Assembly: GCF_964355755.1 (NCBI RefSeq)
Contig: NC_092680.1
Location: forward strand, 19,663,045-19,727,044
Direction: 5' to 3'
Source: Antedon mediterranea
Lineage: Eukaryota; Animalia; Echinodermata
Length of the DNA stretch: 64,000 nucleotides
Positions within the stretch are counted from its first letter, which is position 1; each line of letters opens with the position of its first letter. Below are positions 10,471 to 32,050 of the stretch, piece by piece. The notes below the pieces were generated by a model that was not told where the DNA came from, did not search any database, and saw nothing but the letters and a program-made list of their open reading frames with translations. The position numbers were made by a program, and so were the translations under genes.

Positions 10471-13400
10471 ATAAAAAATGAAGAAAGATTCCTCCGTGTA
10501 TTTACTATGCAGTAACCACTTTGGTTACATATCGCAATGAATCATATTTTTTTTATACTATGATGACATCTTTAAAAATTTTAAAGAATGATGCACTGTC
10601 AACGTATATATACTTTTAACTTTAATATATGAACTTTTTAAAGAAGAAGGTTAAGTTTGCTATTTCGGTCCAAGAAAATGTCATAGTTTGTTTGATTATC
10701 GAAATAATTTTTTTTTTATTTAATATGATAACGTAACGAATAAATCATAAATATGATACATACACTTACAGATGTATGAAAAATGAAGATTACTTAAATC
10801 AGACTTTATTTTGTAGTTTTAACAAAGTTAACCACTTCCGTAGAAAAAAACGAAAAAAATGTTTTCACTTATAAAATGAAAAAATAAATGGTTCAATTCA
10901 ACCAAAAACCCACTGGCTGGCAGCCAATATGACCATTTGTTTTGCTTTAAATTACATTTTTTCATGTAAATACATTTTTCCGATCCAATTTTTGGTCAAA
11001 GTGGATAACTATTATGTTACATTAAATATTATATTCAACAAACATTTTTTTATGAATCATTTTTTCAGGGGGAGAATACATGAATGAAAAATAAAACACG
11101 AAACACTTAATTTTAGTATATCTTTGAAATTATAAAGTTGTAAAAAGTATCATTTTGAGTGATGACGTACGCTCATACAGCAAGGCGGTACGATTAGTGG
11201 GCATTTGTGGAGGGGGGAGTGGGGTCGAATCATAAAAAAAACCCTGACTACGGGCCTGGTCTATAATCATTTTTTAAATAAACATATATTTTCATCATTG
11301 TTTTAGCCTACACATATGCTTATTCTGTTATGTGCTCGTACAACACAATTTCAAGTTAAAAAGTGAATAAAATATAATGACATTGCTAAAGAAAGGTTGG
11401 GGCGAATTCGTATATTGTAAAAATATACCTCTACCACTTAATTGCTCTAAAATGAAAAAAATCGAAAATCTATTTCAGGTCCTTTTTAAATTATAATTGT
11501 ATAGAAGTTGGGAGTACCAATACAACTATTTGAAAACTTACCGCGTGAAACATTTAATCTGGTAGCTGAAAACACTATTAACAAACTTCATCCGTGATAG
11601 ACTAGATCAGGAAGTATGTAATAATACTAAAGTAATACCTTTAATAACTACTGTGTGGGACACGCATGAACAAGCAACAATGAAGTTAAATTATAAAAAT
11701 GGAGTTCTTTTTAGCTTTAGGACGGTTGAATAAATTCTAAACATGTAACAATACCCAGTATTGAAGGTATTTTAGCCGGAGGTATTTTAAAGAATGTATA
11801 CATGGTGTACCACCATTTTAGGTCTAATGGACCGTTGTTTTAACAAAAATATAGGCCTACAATGTTTACTTTTATTGTATCAATCGTTCTTAAGAAAATT
11901 ATTATAACCAAATATCAGAATCCATGAATTTATTTTGATGGATTTTTTCAGACAAGCCTTCTTTAAAATGTTCCATGGATAAGGGAGAGGGGGACTCTAG
12001 CTACCTCCTGTCTTTCCTTCTTCAAGTGACAACTTTTCACATCTCCATAGTTGACATCCTGTACATGCCTTGCAATGACGCGAATCATTGCTGAAAGTCA
12101 ATTCAGTTTCTTTGACCCCAAGATGTGTATTTGAAGGCAATAGTCTTTAAGAGAAACCGAATAAAAATGTTCAATAAGTTACGTTTATTAACCACCGAAA
12201 TGAATAATGCATCATTTCCATATGGTTTTTATATACTGTATTTAAAAAATATTTTAAACAAAGTTTTAAATATTTTAAAATATGTTTTATATGTTGTTTT
12301 TTAATATTGTTTTATTCATGAACATTTTACTTTTGTGATTTTGATCAAATAAAATAAATGAATAAATGAACTAATCAGTAATTATAAGCATTGCTTTTTT
12401 TATATAGCAGAGAAAGCACTAAGTAGGCATATTGAATGAAAGACCAATGTTGATTCATAAGTTAGGACTATTGTTGTTTTATTCAGGCAAGCTAGACTTA
12501 GAATGGAGTTTGTATTGTTCAAAAGCCATCATGATTGTAAAAGAGCTACAATTTAAACGTTTCTAAAGAATCGAATTGTGCTATACAATGATTATATCTT
12601 CCTTTACAAATATTCAAATTTTTGGTTTAATTTAAAATCATAAGAACATAGGAGAACAGTTTTTATTTTAAACAATGGTAAAAAAAAATGCTGAAATTAC
12701 GAATAGTGTAAATTTATTTAAAATTACAGTTACTAAATTACTATTAATGCTACAATAACATTAATTGAATATTTATACAAATATTTAAATTATTGTATAA
12801 TGTAATTAATGTCTCAGGTGCAATCAGTTAAACTTTTCACAGATAAATATGTATATCATTGGCTGTAGAAGTACACTGGTTGCTTCTTTGCATTGTGGCT
12901 TTGTTAATTATTTATTATTTATTTATTTATTCACTTTATTCCTTTCAGTAAAGACAATACTGAGAGACAAAAGCTGTCAAAGACTACTATCGCCAAAGAG
13001 CGTGCCTCTCCAACTCCAACATTCATACAGATATGCACTAAAAACTAATTAAGCAAAATTACTAGCAATAAACGCAATTGCGAGGCCAATCATGATTCTG
13101 TTTATAAAAAACGAATACAAGGAAAATTACTACACGAGTTCCTCTTGCTATGCATAGCATAGATACCAACAACTACTACTATTTATTCAGAAAATTTTCT
13201 ACAGAACTAATTTTAAAGATATTTAATTTCAGACATTCTCTATCTAGCTTGATTTAATCTGTTTCACTAATATTAAATATTTGTTTAAAGCTACTGAAAT
13301 TACAAATGGTATATTGATTTCATATAATGTAGATCCTCTTTGTACAGGTACTGTTATCCCAGGATCCAGAGTTTTATTATGAATTGTCCAGTAAGTTTGT

Positions 13401-14353
13401 TTGAATAGGCAAGAGTGACAGAAAGTTATATATTCTTACATATTTCATTATTTAATATAGGCATAATTATTAAAATTGAAAAAAAATAAAATAAAAATGT
13501 ATACTTGATAACAGCTATCATAGTACTATTATTGTGGTTAAAAAAATTAATATATATGTCTATTTATGCTTGTTCTATTCTACTACCATTTCTACTGCAC
13601 TAAAATTGCAATATTTTAAAATTCTATTGAAAAATTCTTCAGATTATAAAAAATTGAAAATTAAAAATGCAAAAAAGGCAACGTATGTTCTTTAGTAGCA
13701 ATTCAAAGACTTTTATTTTACAAATACTTTTTTATGCGAGATATTCTATGATTTTGGTTTCATTTAATAATGTTTAAATAATGGAATTATGATGGGCGCA
13801 TTTGGAAAATGAAAAGTCACTTCCCACCTACCATTAGACCATTAGACTATGCTGTGTTAAACACACATTTTGTTTGTCTGTTTTTTGTTTGTTTTTTCAA
13901 CTCTCTAGCAACACCTCATTTTCGGTATGAATTTAGCAACTTTATAATTAATACTTGAAAAATATAATTTAATAGGTATTATAAATATTGAAAACTTACT
14001 CAATAAATAATTTTATTGGATTTTTTGTAACACCTAATAATTTAAATTATTGGACACCAATATAAATTTGCATAATGAATTTACACACAAGGTTTGCTTT
14101 TATAGTAACTGTTGCCGCAGATGAAAGTTGGGTTAATAGTACAAGTAGGTAGGCCTACTCACTGCCAATAATATCAGCTGGGTTGAACTGTGTTAGGGTT
14201 GTTTACCATGCTTGGCAGTAAACAAGTTAACAACCATATTGACATGACAGACGCTTCTCATAAGGTTCTGTATTCTGATTATCAGTGCAAATACACGAGA
14301 GCTTAATCTGACTCAAACAATTGATTTATCACTTATTACTGAACATCTGAGCT

Positions 14354-23001
<8,648 letters not shown>

Positions 23002-24814
23002 GTAAGTAACACTGATAATAGTATTAATATAGGCTAGTATAAAAATTTACATTGTGTTATTTATTGCAAACTTATGTAGCTTTTCCCCTTCTTTACTTTA
23101 CTATGTGCTACTAGCCTAGCCTAGTACTAGGCCTAGAACCTTGCATATATTTTTCAATTTATCTTTCAGTATTTGAATAGTGCTGAGTTTGAAAAAGTAT
23201 ATAATTCTAAAGCATTTTAAACTTAAAGCAACAAAATTGATTGAGTATTTCGAAAGTTAAGAATAAAATAAGGTATAAAATTTGACACCCTCACTAGCTA
23301 GTAGTATTGCTATTGCCTTTTTTGCTATTAATAATATTAATTTATTTATTTGTTCTTTCTTTGAACTGAAATTCAAATGCACTTTCAATACAAATGTACT
23401 GATTTCCAAAGTGGTTCAGTATACAACATCATATAACAAAATATTAAAATTCAAAAGAAAAACAAAAAACGATTGTAAAGGTAAATTTAATATTTACGTT
23501 CTTTTTATACCTTTTTATTTCATAACAGAATAAATAAATCGTTATTACTTTGAGGGCGAGTGCATTTATTATGGTTATTTACAGTAAATTGAAATAATAT
23601 TGTTAAATATGTTGGAGCGATTCCTTTTAAACATTTAAATAGCATATTTTAAGAATGTAAAATCAAACTTTACTACAGTGGATAGTAATTGTATGCAGCA
23701 CATAGTATTCTACTAACTATTAATATCATTGACCTTTAATACCCTTAGATAAAGAATAGGAAGTTGAAGTTGTATTTTGTTTTATAATTGTAATAACTGT
23801 ACCTGTTGAACCATTGATTTTGACCTTAAAGTAACTTGAGATATTCTTAGAAGAGGTGCAGAGCTTCATTAAATATTATTTAAGGGTCTGTTTCTGCTGT
23901 ATTGCGCGAATAAACTGATTATTATTTTATAGTGACTGCTCAATTTTTGCTCCAAAATCAGTGGGTGGTCGGTCGTTGACCAAAATTGTTAGAATTACCC
24001 AAAATGCAACAATTGGTCCTGGTGGTTAATTCAAACGTTACTGCAGTGTAGTTTGACTCAAAGTCAGCAGCTGTCAATCTAATAACCGTTATTTCGTGTT
24101 CCAGCTAAAAATTGCTCAGCGATAACCGGTTCTAACACCGAATTGAATGGGTGTTTTTAATAACATTGCAATTGATTAATTAACAATTTCACAAGTTTAG
24201 TAAACAACAGGCCTTGTTGTCCTTTTACTGTATGTGTGCTACAAATTGCACTCCTCAATACATTCAGGGGTGCTGTAGGTGTGCTGTTTGTACAGTACTT
24301 TGGTGCGTAGAAGTTTACCAAATTTAGGCGTGTTGTAAATCGCACTTCTCAAGAGCAGTTTTGGAGTGTGTTAGGTGAGTGATCACACTCGCTCGCCTTA
24401 AAAAAGACAAGACCTGAAACAATCTTATTTTCATGATTAAGTACAGTACAGGAAAACCTGCTTATTTTTGTAGAATAGAAGGGCATGCTCTAGTATTACA
24501 AGAAGGAAAAACGTTTATTCTAAGAAAATTTAAATACAGCTTCTCATTAAATTATAGGATCATATTTTTTGTTCCTGTTATATATTATATTGCATTGCTA
24601 TTATTTGCTAGTATTTTTCACCATGCATAATTATTGATTATTAATATAATAATTTATTTTACCAAGCTATCTTCTTTGTTTTCTACACAATACTATCTAC
24701 ACCCTCTATTCACCAGCCTTAATATGCCTCTATTGTTTTATTTCTTTTTTTCCTGTCCACTCAGGCAGCGCTTGCCTGATATATCTATCTATCTTGTCCC
24801 AAGTACCTTCACTT

Positions 24815-24851
24815 GCACTGATGACGGGCTAGTGTTGCCCGAAAGCTCTGC
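24815..24851 (+). ncRNA. Minimal type I hammerhead ribozyme motif in a Penelope-type pLTR remnant (about 24680-24960)
   Basis: gca-CTGATGA-c-GGGC-tagtgtt-GCCC-GAAA-gctc-tgc: exact core, 4-bp stem II, gca/tgc stem I, palindromic AGCT stem III. Confidence 0.85.
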
Positions 24852-27210
24852 TAACTTTTCTGTGAGCTTTACTTTATCGCTTTGATTTAGCTTTTCGCTT
24901 TTTTTTTGTATCTCCATTGAGATCCAGCCACTGATTTTTCTGTATTTTGCCTTTGGATTTATTAATAATGATTAATAAATATGTCAATATGTGTATATAT
25001 TGAATACACTATCAGTATCTGTATTTTCTATCTGCTATGCATAATTTTTATTTCACAAAAAAATGACTGGTTAATACCTGTAGTAGTACAGTAGTTAAAA
25101 GTAATAATGCATTATAAAATGACAAGTCCTTTTACCTACACAATACAACCATTTCCCTTGGGATTATTAATCTACTAATACACAGCACTTCTGTACTACT
25201 ATTTAAGTACTAACAGTACTACAGTATTTGAATACTAACTACAAACAATACTAAAAACAATACTATTCTATTCTACACGTACAGTAGTACAGATTTTGTT
25301 TTTAATTCTAATGCATTTCATACAATGTGTTGTATAAAATATTGTTAGCTGTCTGAGTCGAAATTCATAATGTTGTCGAATTCAAGATCAATTTTTAAAT
25401 TTTGCCAATGTACCTTGAATTGAATGGCAAATATCATTAAAATAATCAGCTTATCCTTATGTGAGGTTCGGTTAATTATTAATTCTATCTATAGAATCTA
25501 CTGTATCTATGTAAGTTCAGGGAATAATTTCGCCAGTGTAGCATAGCAAAAAGCTATACAAAACAACCTTCTTGCTACACATTTCTACAATTGTGTAGCA
25601 AAATATACTACAGAAAACTATGTATCTATTTATTAGCAATATTGCTAAACAAAATTTTAAGATGAAATTTTTCCTTGAAGTTCACCTACAAAGAACAGAG
25701 CGCTTAACAATGCAAGCATTATTCTTTTTTTTTTTTTACAGTTTTAAGTTTCAATTGTTGATTAAGAGATTGTGTTATTATGTAGTGAAATTATAATAAT
25801 GTTAAAATAGATCTACAGTATTAACTAATATCATTGTTAAGTTTTATCATAGAGCTATCAAAACAGAAAGAAGGCACAGTATACTGTGCACATATCTCAA
25901 CATTTTATAGAATTTTAACAACTCACGCAGTTATGCAGAAGAGGTCTCTAATAGATAAGACGCCATTGAAAACAATTTTTTTCATAGAGATGCAAGCTGC
26001 TAATTTTATTTTGAAGGAGCTTGTGAATGTGAAGCAACTTTGTTTCGTTGTTCTAAATGGTTTTATCAAATAAAATGATCTATGAATGAGGAAGTGAATT
26101 TCGAAACGTAAAAGAACCTTTTATGAAAATGTGTTCATATTTCATTTTGTTGCCATAGACTGGAACTCATCCAGATTTTTTTGGGGAAGGTCTACAGGAA
26201 GAAGGTGCTGTGGTTACCACATCTATAGCGATTAGCCAAAAAAACACTAAAGTAATCTACTGTATGTACAATACAAGGTTCGAAAATACGCTTCTACAAT
26301 AACAAATAGTACAGTAGGTTTTGTTACCTCCAAAAAGGACATCATTTTTTGGATCTGCCTATTGTATTCATAGGAATATTCTCCACCATGGCTAAACTAC
26401 ACCTACTAATCACAGTTTAATATTTATCTGTTATTGACAATAATGTTAAAGGTATGTGAGAGAATGTAAACAGTAATCTAGTACTTGATATCAAATCTTC
26501 ATATCTTAAGGAGCCTTCAATTTGTTGTGACCTGGAAACTAGTTACTTTATTGTGCACATACATGGATATTTTTGGACATGCTTCCTCATTTCTTGGCTT
26601 TCTCAGTTTTGGCAGCTTCTTTCTAGGTCCAGATTACCGACACAATATGCATCGATGCGTAATATAAGTCATTGGTTATCGAAGATCGAAAGCCTCTGTA
26701 CTATTTTCAAGCCCAGACCCCCCTCCCCCATTTCAAGTTCTATATCTGCCCTGTAGGCCTACTTTAATTTACAGACTTATTCAAGCAGACACAACTTGTT
26801 GTTGTGCTGACCCTTCTCTGTAGTGCCATGTGACAAGAAAGATGACCCAAGGAAATCATTTTGAAAGTACAGTGTAAAGTGAATCATAACCTAACTGAAT
26901 AAATATTCAATGAATTCAGTATTGCATCAAGTTGTACAGTAAAAAAAACGTTAAACTGTACAAGAATTATTGTTATCATTTTCCTGCCTGTAAACTAATT
27001 ATAAAGATATATTGACCTCCTGAAAAAATATTTTTTTTAAATGTTTTTTCATATATACTGTAGTTATTCACTTATGACCAAAAATTTGATTGAAAATAAA
27101 ATAATAGTAAAATTTACTGGATGGAAGTCAATTGTGTTTTTGGTTGAATTTAATTCTTAATATTTATCTTGAATTGAAGGAGATGTTTTTTTAAAAGGGG
27201 AAACAACAAA

Positions 27211-27738
27211 GTGTCCCATGATATAGAGGTTGTCCCATGAATGAAGGAGATGTCCCATGAATGAAGGAGATGTTTCATGAATGAAGGAGACGTCCCATGA
27301 ATGAAGGAAACGTCCCATGAATGAAGGAAACGTCCCATGAATGAAGGAGATGTCCCATGAATGAAGGAGATGTCCCATGAATGAAGGAGATGTCCCATGA
27401 ATGAAGGAGACATCCCATGAATGAAGGAGACGTCCCATGAATGAAGGAGACGTCCCATGAATGAACGAGACGTCCCACGAATGAAGGAGACGTCCCACGA
27501 ATGAAGGAGACGTCTCATGAATGAAGGAGACGTCCCATGAATGAAGGAGACGTCCCATGAATGAAGGAAACGTCCCATGAATGAAGGAAACGTCCCATGA
27601 ATGAAGGAGACGTCCCATGAATGAAGGAGACGTCCCATGAATGAAGGAGACGTCCCATGAATGAAGGAAATGTCCCATGAATGAAGGAGACGTCCCATGA
27701 ATGAAGGAGACGTCCCATGAATGAAGGAGATGTCCCAC
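27211..27738. repeat. 20-bp minisatellite, about 25 copies
   Basis: Unit (c/t)gtcccatgaatgaaggaga. It explains the repetitive ORFs at 27150-27799. Confidence 0.97.
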
Positions 27739-30700
27739 AAATAGGTGTTATCCTGAAAGGGTTGATCCCTGAAAAGGGTGTCCAAAAAGAGTACAGCATA
27801 CAGTATATTTATTTATTTGTTTTTTATTGTTTGTATTTTATTATTATTTTTCATTATTGATGAAATAAAATTAAAGATTTATGCACAGACATTTACGTAA
27901 AGTATTACAATTTACTTGACAGACAAGATTTGTCTTACAACATAAATGTCTTGCTGCTTTAATTGAAAGTAAAGCTACATAGTGTAGGTGGACTAATTAA
28001 TACAGATTAGATTTCTTGGTAAATTGAATTATAGATTTTATGGGAGTCATTCAAAGGTTATATGTGCCATAAAAAAAGATAATGTATGCATAAAGTATTG
28101 CTGTTATTGTCATCCTCAGAATTGCTTTAAATGCTGTGTGTAAAATCATTCCTATGGTGTATGGTGGACCATTATGTCAAGAGTTGGTATCCTAGCAACC
28201 CTCTACCAACAACTACCTGAGAAATATGACTAACACAACATGAGTTGCCATTACTAAAGGATATGAATTGAAAAAACTAAAAATAATACTGGCATAAATC
28301 ATTTAATATTCTTTTTTTTGAACAAATAGAAGGACTGATGTTTTCTATTAAACAAATGCACAACAACAAATTGTTTATAGAGGTATAACATCTGTATTTT
28401 TTTGTCATACTATAAAGCATTATAAATAGAGTTACTGTACCGCAATACAGTACAGTATCTGGTTTTTTAGAAAGTCTGGTATTCTTAATGAATTTTCAAC
28501 CTTTTGTGCCTAAAGGAAAGTCTGGTATTAGAAGTTTTCCGAGAGTCTGGTATTAAAGGAGTATACTGTAAGTGTAATAGCACTGTGACATGCTTGCTTA
28601 CAATTCCCAGAGTTCTTGGTTTAAATCCTGTCAAAGTTCCGTTAGTATATGGCCAGTTTGCAGAAACCCAGTTTTCGGACTCGTTTGCCGAGTCCCAGTC
28701 GGCACACAAAGACCAGAATTTCAGAGAAAAAAATAAAACTATGGAAATTTTTACTTTAATCAATGGTTTCTTTTAACTAAGATACCTGGTGTTTTGTAAT
28801 GTCTTTTTCATACGCAACAACGGAAAAAAAAACCACAAGCCTACAGGTAGCTAAGCCATAAACTGGGAATCGGCAAACTGGCCTAGATAAACCACCTCAT
28901 GTGAGACTTGGTTTAGAAGCATGGGTTTCCCATGGCATCCTGTAATTGGCGAGTCATGCATTTTCTGCTGGATGGATGCTAAGATAATAAAAAGATAAAT
29001 TTTATTTAAAATTAATAATTTCTGTATTTTACTGTGTGTAATTGCTATTGTTTTGTTTTAACTTTATATCTTGTGCTATTACAGTAGTAGTACTAGGGCA
29101 ACATTTTATAATCACAGTCATTTAAAGGGTACAAACAGAAGCATCCTGCAGAGACGCGAATTGAAGACAGCATGCAACGTGTCATTCTTACCCAAATGCC
29201 TAGATTCTACAAACTTCCAATCTGTTGGACTAGAATTTCCTTCTTAGAAAAGATTAAAACACACTTGAATTCTGCTAAAAACCTTGGATTATCTTCAGAA
29301 AAATCATTTTGATGAGGGCTTATAATATTATATTCTAACAAGTGTTATAGGCCTACTACATACTACTTAGGCCTAGGCCTAATGAACAATATCATTTACA
29401 TCCTATTTAATAGAAAAGAAATTATATTTGTTTGATAGATTAAGCGAAGTGTTGACATTTTTCATCACTGTCTAAAAAAAAACCATATATGCATGATACA
29501 GTAGGATGGTAAAATTGTTAGATCAGATCCAGATGCATCTTATATAACTTATATTTTAATTGGTTGACATACCTAACTGTAAACTAGAAATTCAAAATAC
29601 GTTATTCTTCTTTCGTTAGTAATTGTATTTTCTAGCAAAATCATTGTACTGTAGCAAACATAGTAAATAATAATCATGGTTGGCAGCTTTTATTAAATAA
29701 TATTGCCTGGATTTGCAACAAATCATTGTAGTGAAATTCTTTGATTCAAAGTATAACACTAATTTTACCTCTTTTCATACAGGCCTACCTGAAATTTTTA
29801 AAAGCTCTGTTATTTTGATTGCCCTAAAACTTTTATAACAATTGTGTAAAATAAATTTCATTTATTGTCACGAAGTAGAACCATTTCAAAAAAAATGAGG
29901 CCATTCAGAAATTTGATAAAAATAGTATATAATTTTGTATAAAGCTCTGTCTAAACTCAAACTAGTTTGACAACAAAAGTGTGAATTGCCTAAATATGGT
30001 AGTGATATGGCATCATCATGTCGTCTAATGGGCACATCACATTTTTTTGTCACATAATGTTTTATAGTGTAGATTGAAACAGTATCCAGTAGAAGCTAAC
30101 CAAGAAATCTAGATGATGATGTCTCTTTTTGACAGTAATGTTTCTGTTTTGATGTCTAGACCAAAATCTCAATCGTTTGCTTCTCAAATCATCCCCTTGT
30201 TAGTCATTTAACATTTCTGCTGGTACAGTATGTTGTAATGGAGGAGACTGACACAAATCCGCTGCAATGTGACATTTTCAAAATGTATTTATTTTTAAAT
30301 ATTTTGATTTGTATTTCTTGAATTGTACTGGTACAAATTTCAAACAAATTTTTCAGCAGACGACAAATATTGTTCTAATCAATAATTTTACAAAAGTTAA
30401 TTAAATGTTTGCGTTTATTAATTAGCATAGCATGTTTCAAAATCAATCCCTTATTAGCCATTTAATTAAGATTGTTTTTACGAATGTGATGCATGAATTT
30501 GTTTATACATTTTCCGATGTACATTGTCATGTACTTATAAAAGTGGCTAAAATAAATCCGGTCTCTGATTTGTGGTTCATGAGAAAATTAAGTTTATGTT
30601 TGCCATGTTTGATTCCCATGATGCATCTGACTAGTTGATACATTACGGTAGGGCAGATCCAGACAGCTGAAATGAAATTATGAATTTGTGACAGCTATTA

Positions 30701-32050
30701 AAATTATTATAATTATATGTTAGATTTTAGGGCTAACCCATTAAACAAATCCTGGATCCGCCAAGTGTACAGTATTGTATCTTCAGTTTTACTTTTGCTT
30801 TACATCATATTCTTGGAGCATTTACAACCATACTAAAAGTAAAATCATCATGTTTTTTTGTTTTGTTGTGTGCAACTTGACAAAATTTACCAATATCTGA
30901 ATTATCCAACAATTGAAATGTACTTGTTTAACTTTACATGATCAACATTTCTGATAGAGTGCCCTCTATTTACGTAAACCACATCATGTATCATGTAGTC
31001 GCACATTCTACTCTAGGCTTGGCACCTGTTCGTCAATGAACGGGATAGTGTTTAAGTGGTGTGATTGGACGTCGTCCAAGTCCACTTTAAATCATTGTCT
31101 GATGATTGGTTAATGTAACTGTAGTAGGTTTTCATTCTATTTTGTATAAGTGCTTGAGTGCAAAACGGGAAATGGCAGATTATGAAGATTTTAATATTAT
31201 TTCATACTTACAGTATTTAAATTTACTGCAGTAATTTTTGGAATATTTAGTACTGTAGCTATTTTATTTAGTTTTTAGCTTTTTTATTTTTTCTGTACAA
31301 TGAATAAAATACATACATATTACAATGCACATTATGTATCATCACACACATTTTTTAAACATTCTGAACATCAAATTAGGAGTAAGCCTTTCCTCTTCGT
31401 TATCTGTCTATGGTTAATCATTTTGTTATATGATTATTCATTCCTCAAGCTTTGTTTTTCATTATAATTTAGCATAGGAAGGAAGTCCCCAGTTTTATTT
31501 ATAAGATGCATGGTTTATCAAGAACAGTTTAACTCGCTCGCCGGGTGACTGACGGAACAACTGACATTGTTGCAACTTTGCATATATTTTTTTTATACTA
31601 CGCTTCGTGACTTGATTGCAAAAATAACTGTACTGTAATTATAACAAAAGCCCTGGAGTTGCTAATAGTTTGTGGTGACATTTGTAATTGGGATAATGAT
31701 CATCTACAGCTTGTCGAAAAAACTGAGAGCAATTAAAACGGAATAATAAACAAACGATTTCATGCGTCATGACAAATCAGTTTTAGCAAAAAGTAGATAA
31801 TTTCAACAGTGACATAAAACTTTGAGTGCGGTTTTTTTCGGAGCTTTATTCTGGTTATTCTCGTTATTGACATTTCAGTTTGTTTCAGGAAGTTTGTTAC
31901 TCAGTACTTCAACCTAGTACCATAAAATATAGGATTTGTTATTATAAAACTATAGTTGTTAAATAAGAAGTTTACTTAAGAAGGCTAATCAATATGACCT
32001 GTGAACCTTTACTCTGTTCTAGGGTATTCCAGAGGAGGTCACGACTTAAA

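Larger units (their letters stand above)
7680..12500. repeat. Three diverged copies of a ~0.6-0.9 kb block (about 7680-8560, 9150-10030, 11395-12500)
   Basis: Shared strings include cagtattgaag.tattttagc.ggaggtattt.aaag..tgtatacatggtgta, ccgaataaaaa and tggggcgaattcgtatat...aaaatcgaaaatc. Confidence 0.8.

Noticed and set aside
27150-27799. Repetitive 193-211 aa ORFs
   Set aside because: Artefacts of a stop-free 20-bp minisatellite read in several frames.
31030-31180. Alternative SHC promoter (two inverted CCAAT boxes, AAATGGC)
   Set aside because: Short motifs only, and no linked donor or transcript evidence can be established from sequence.
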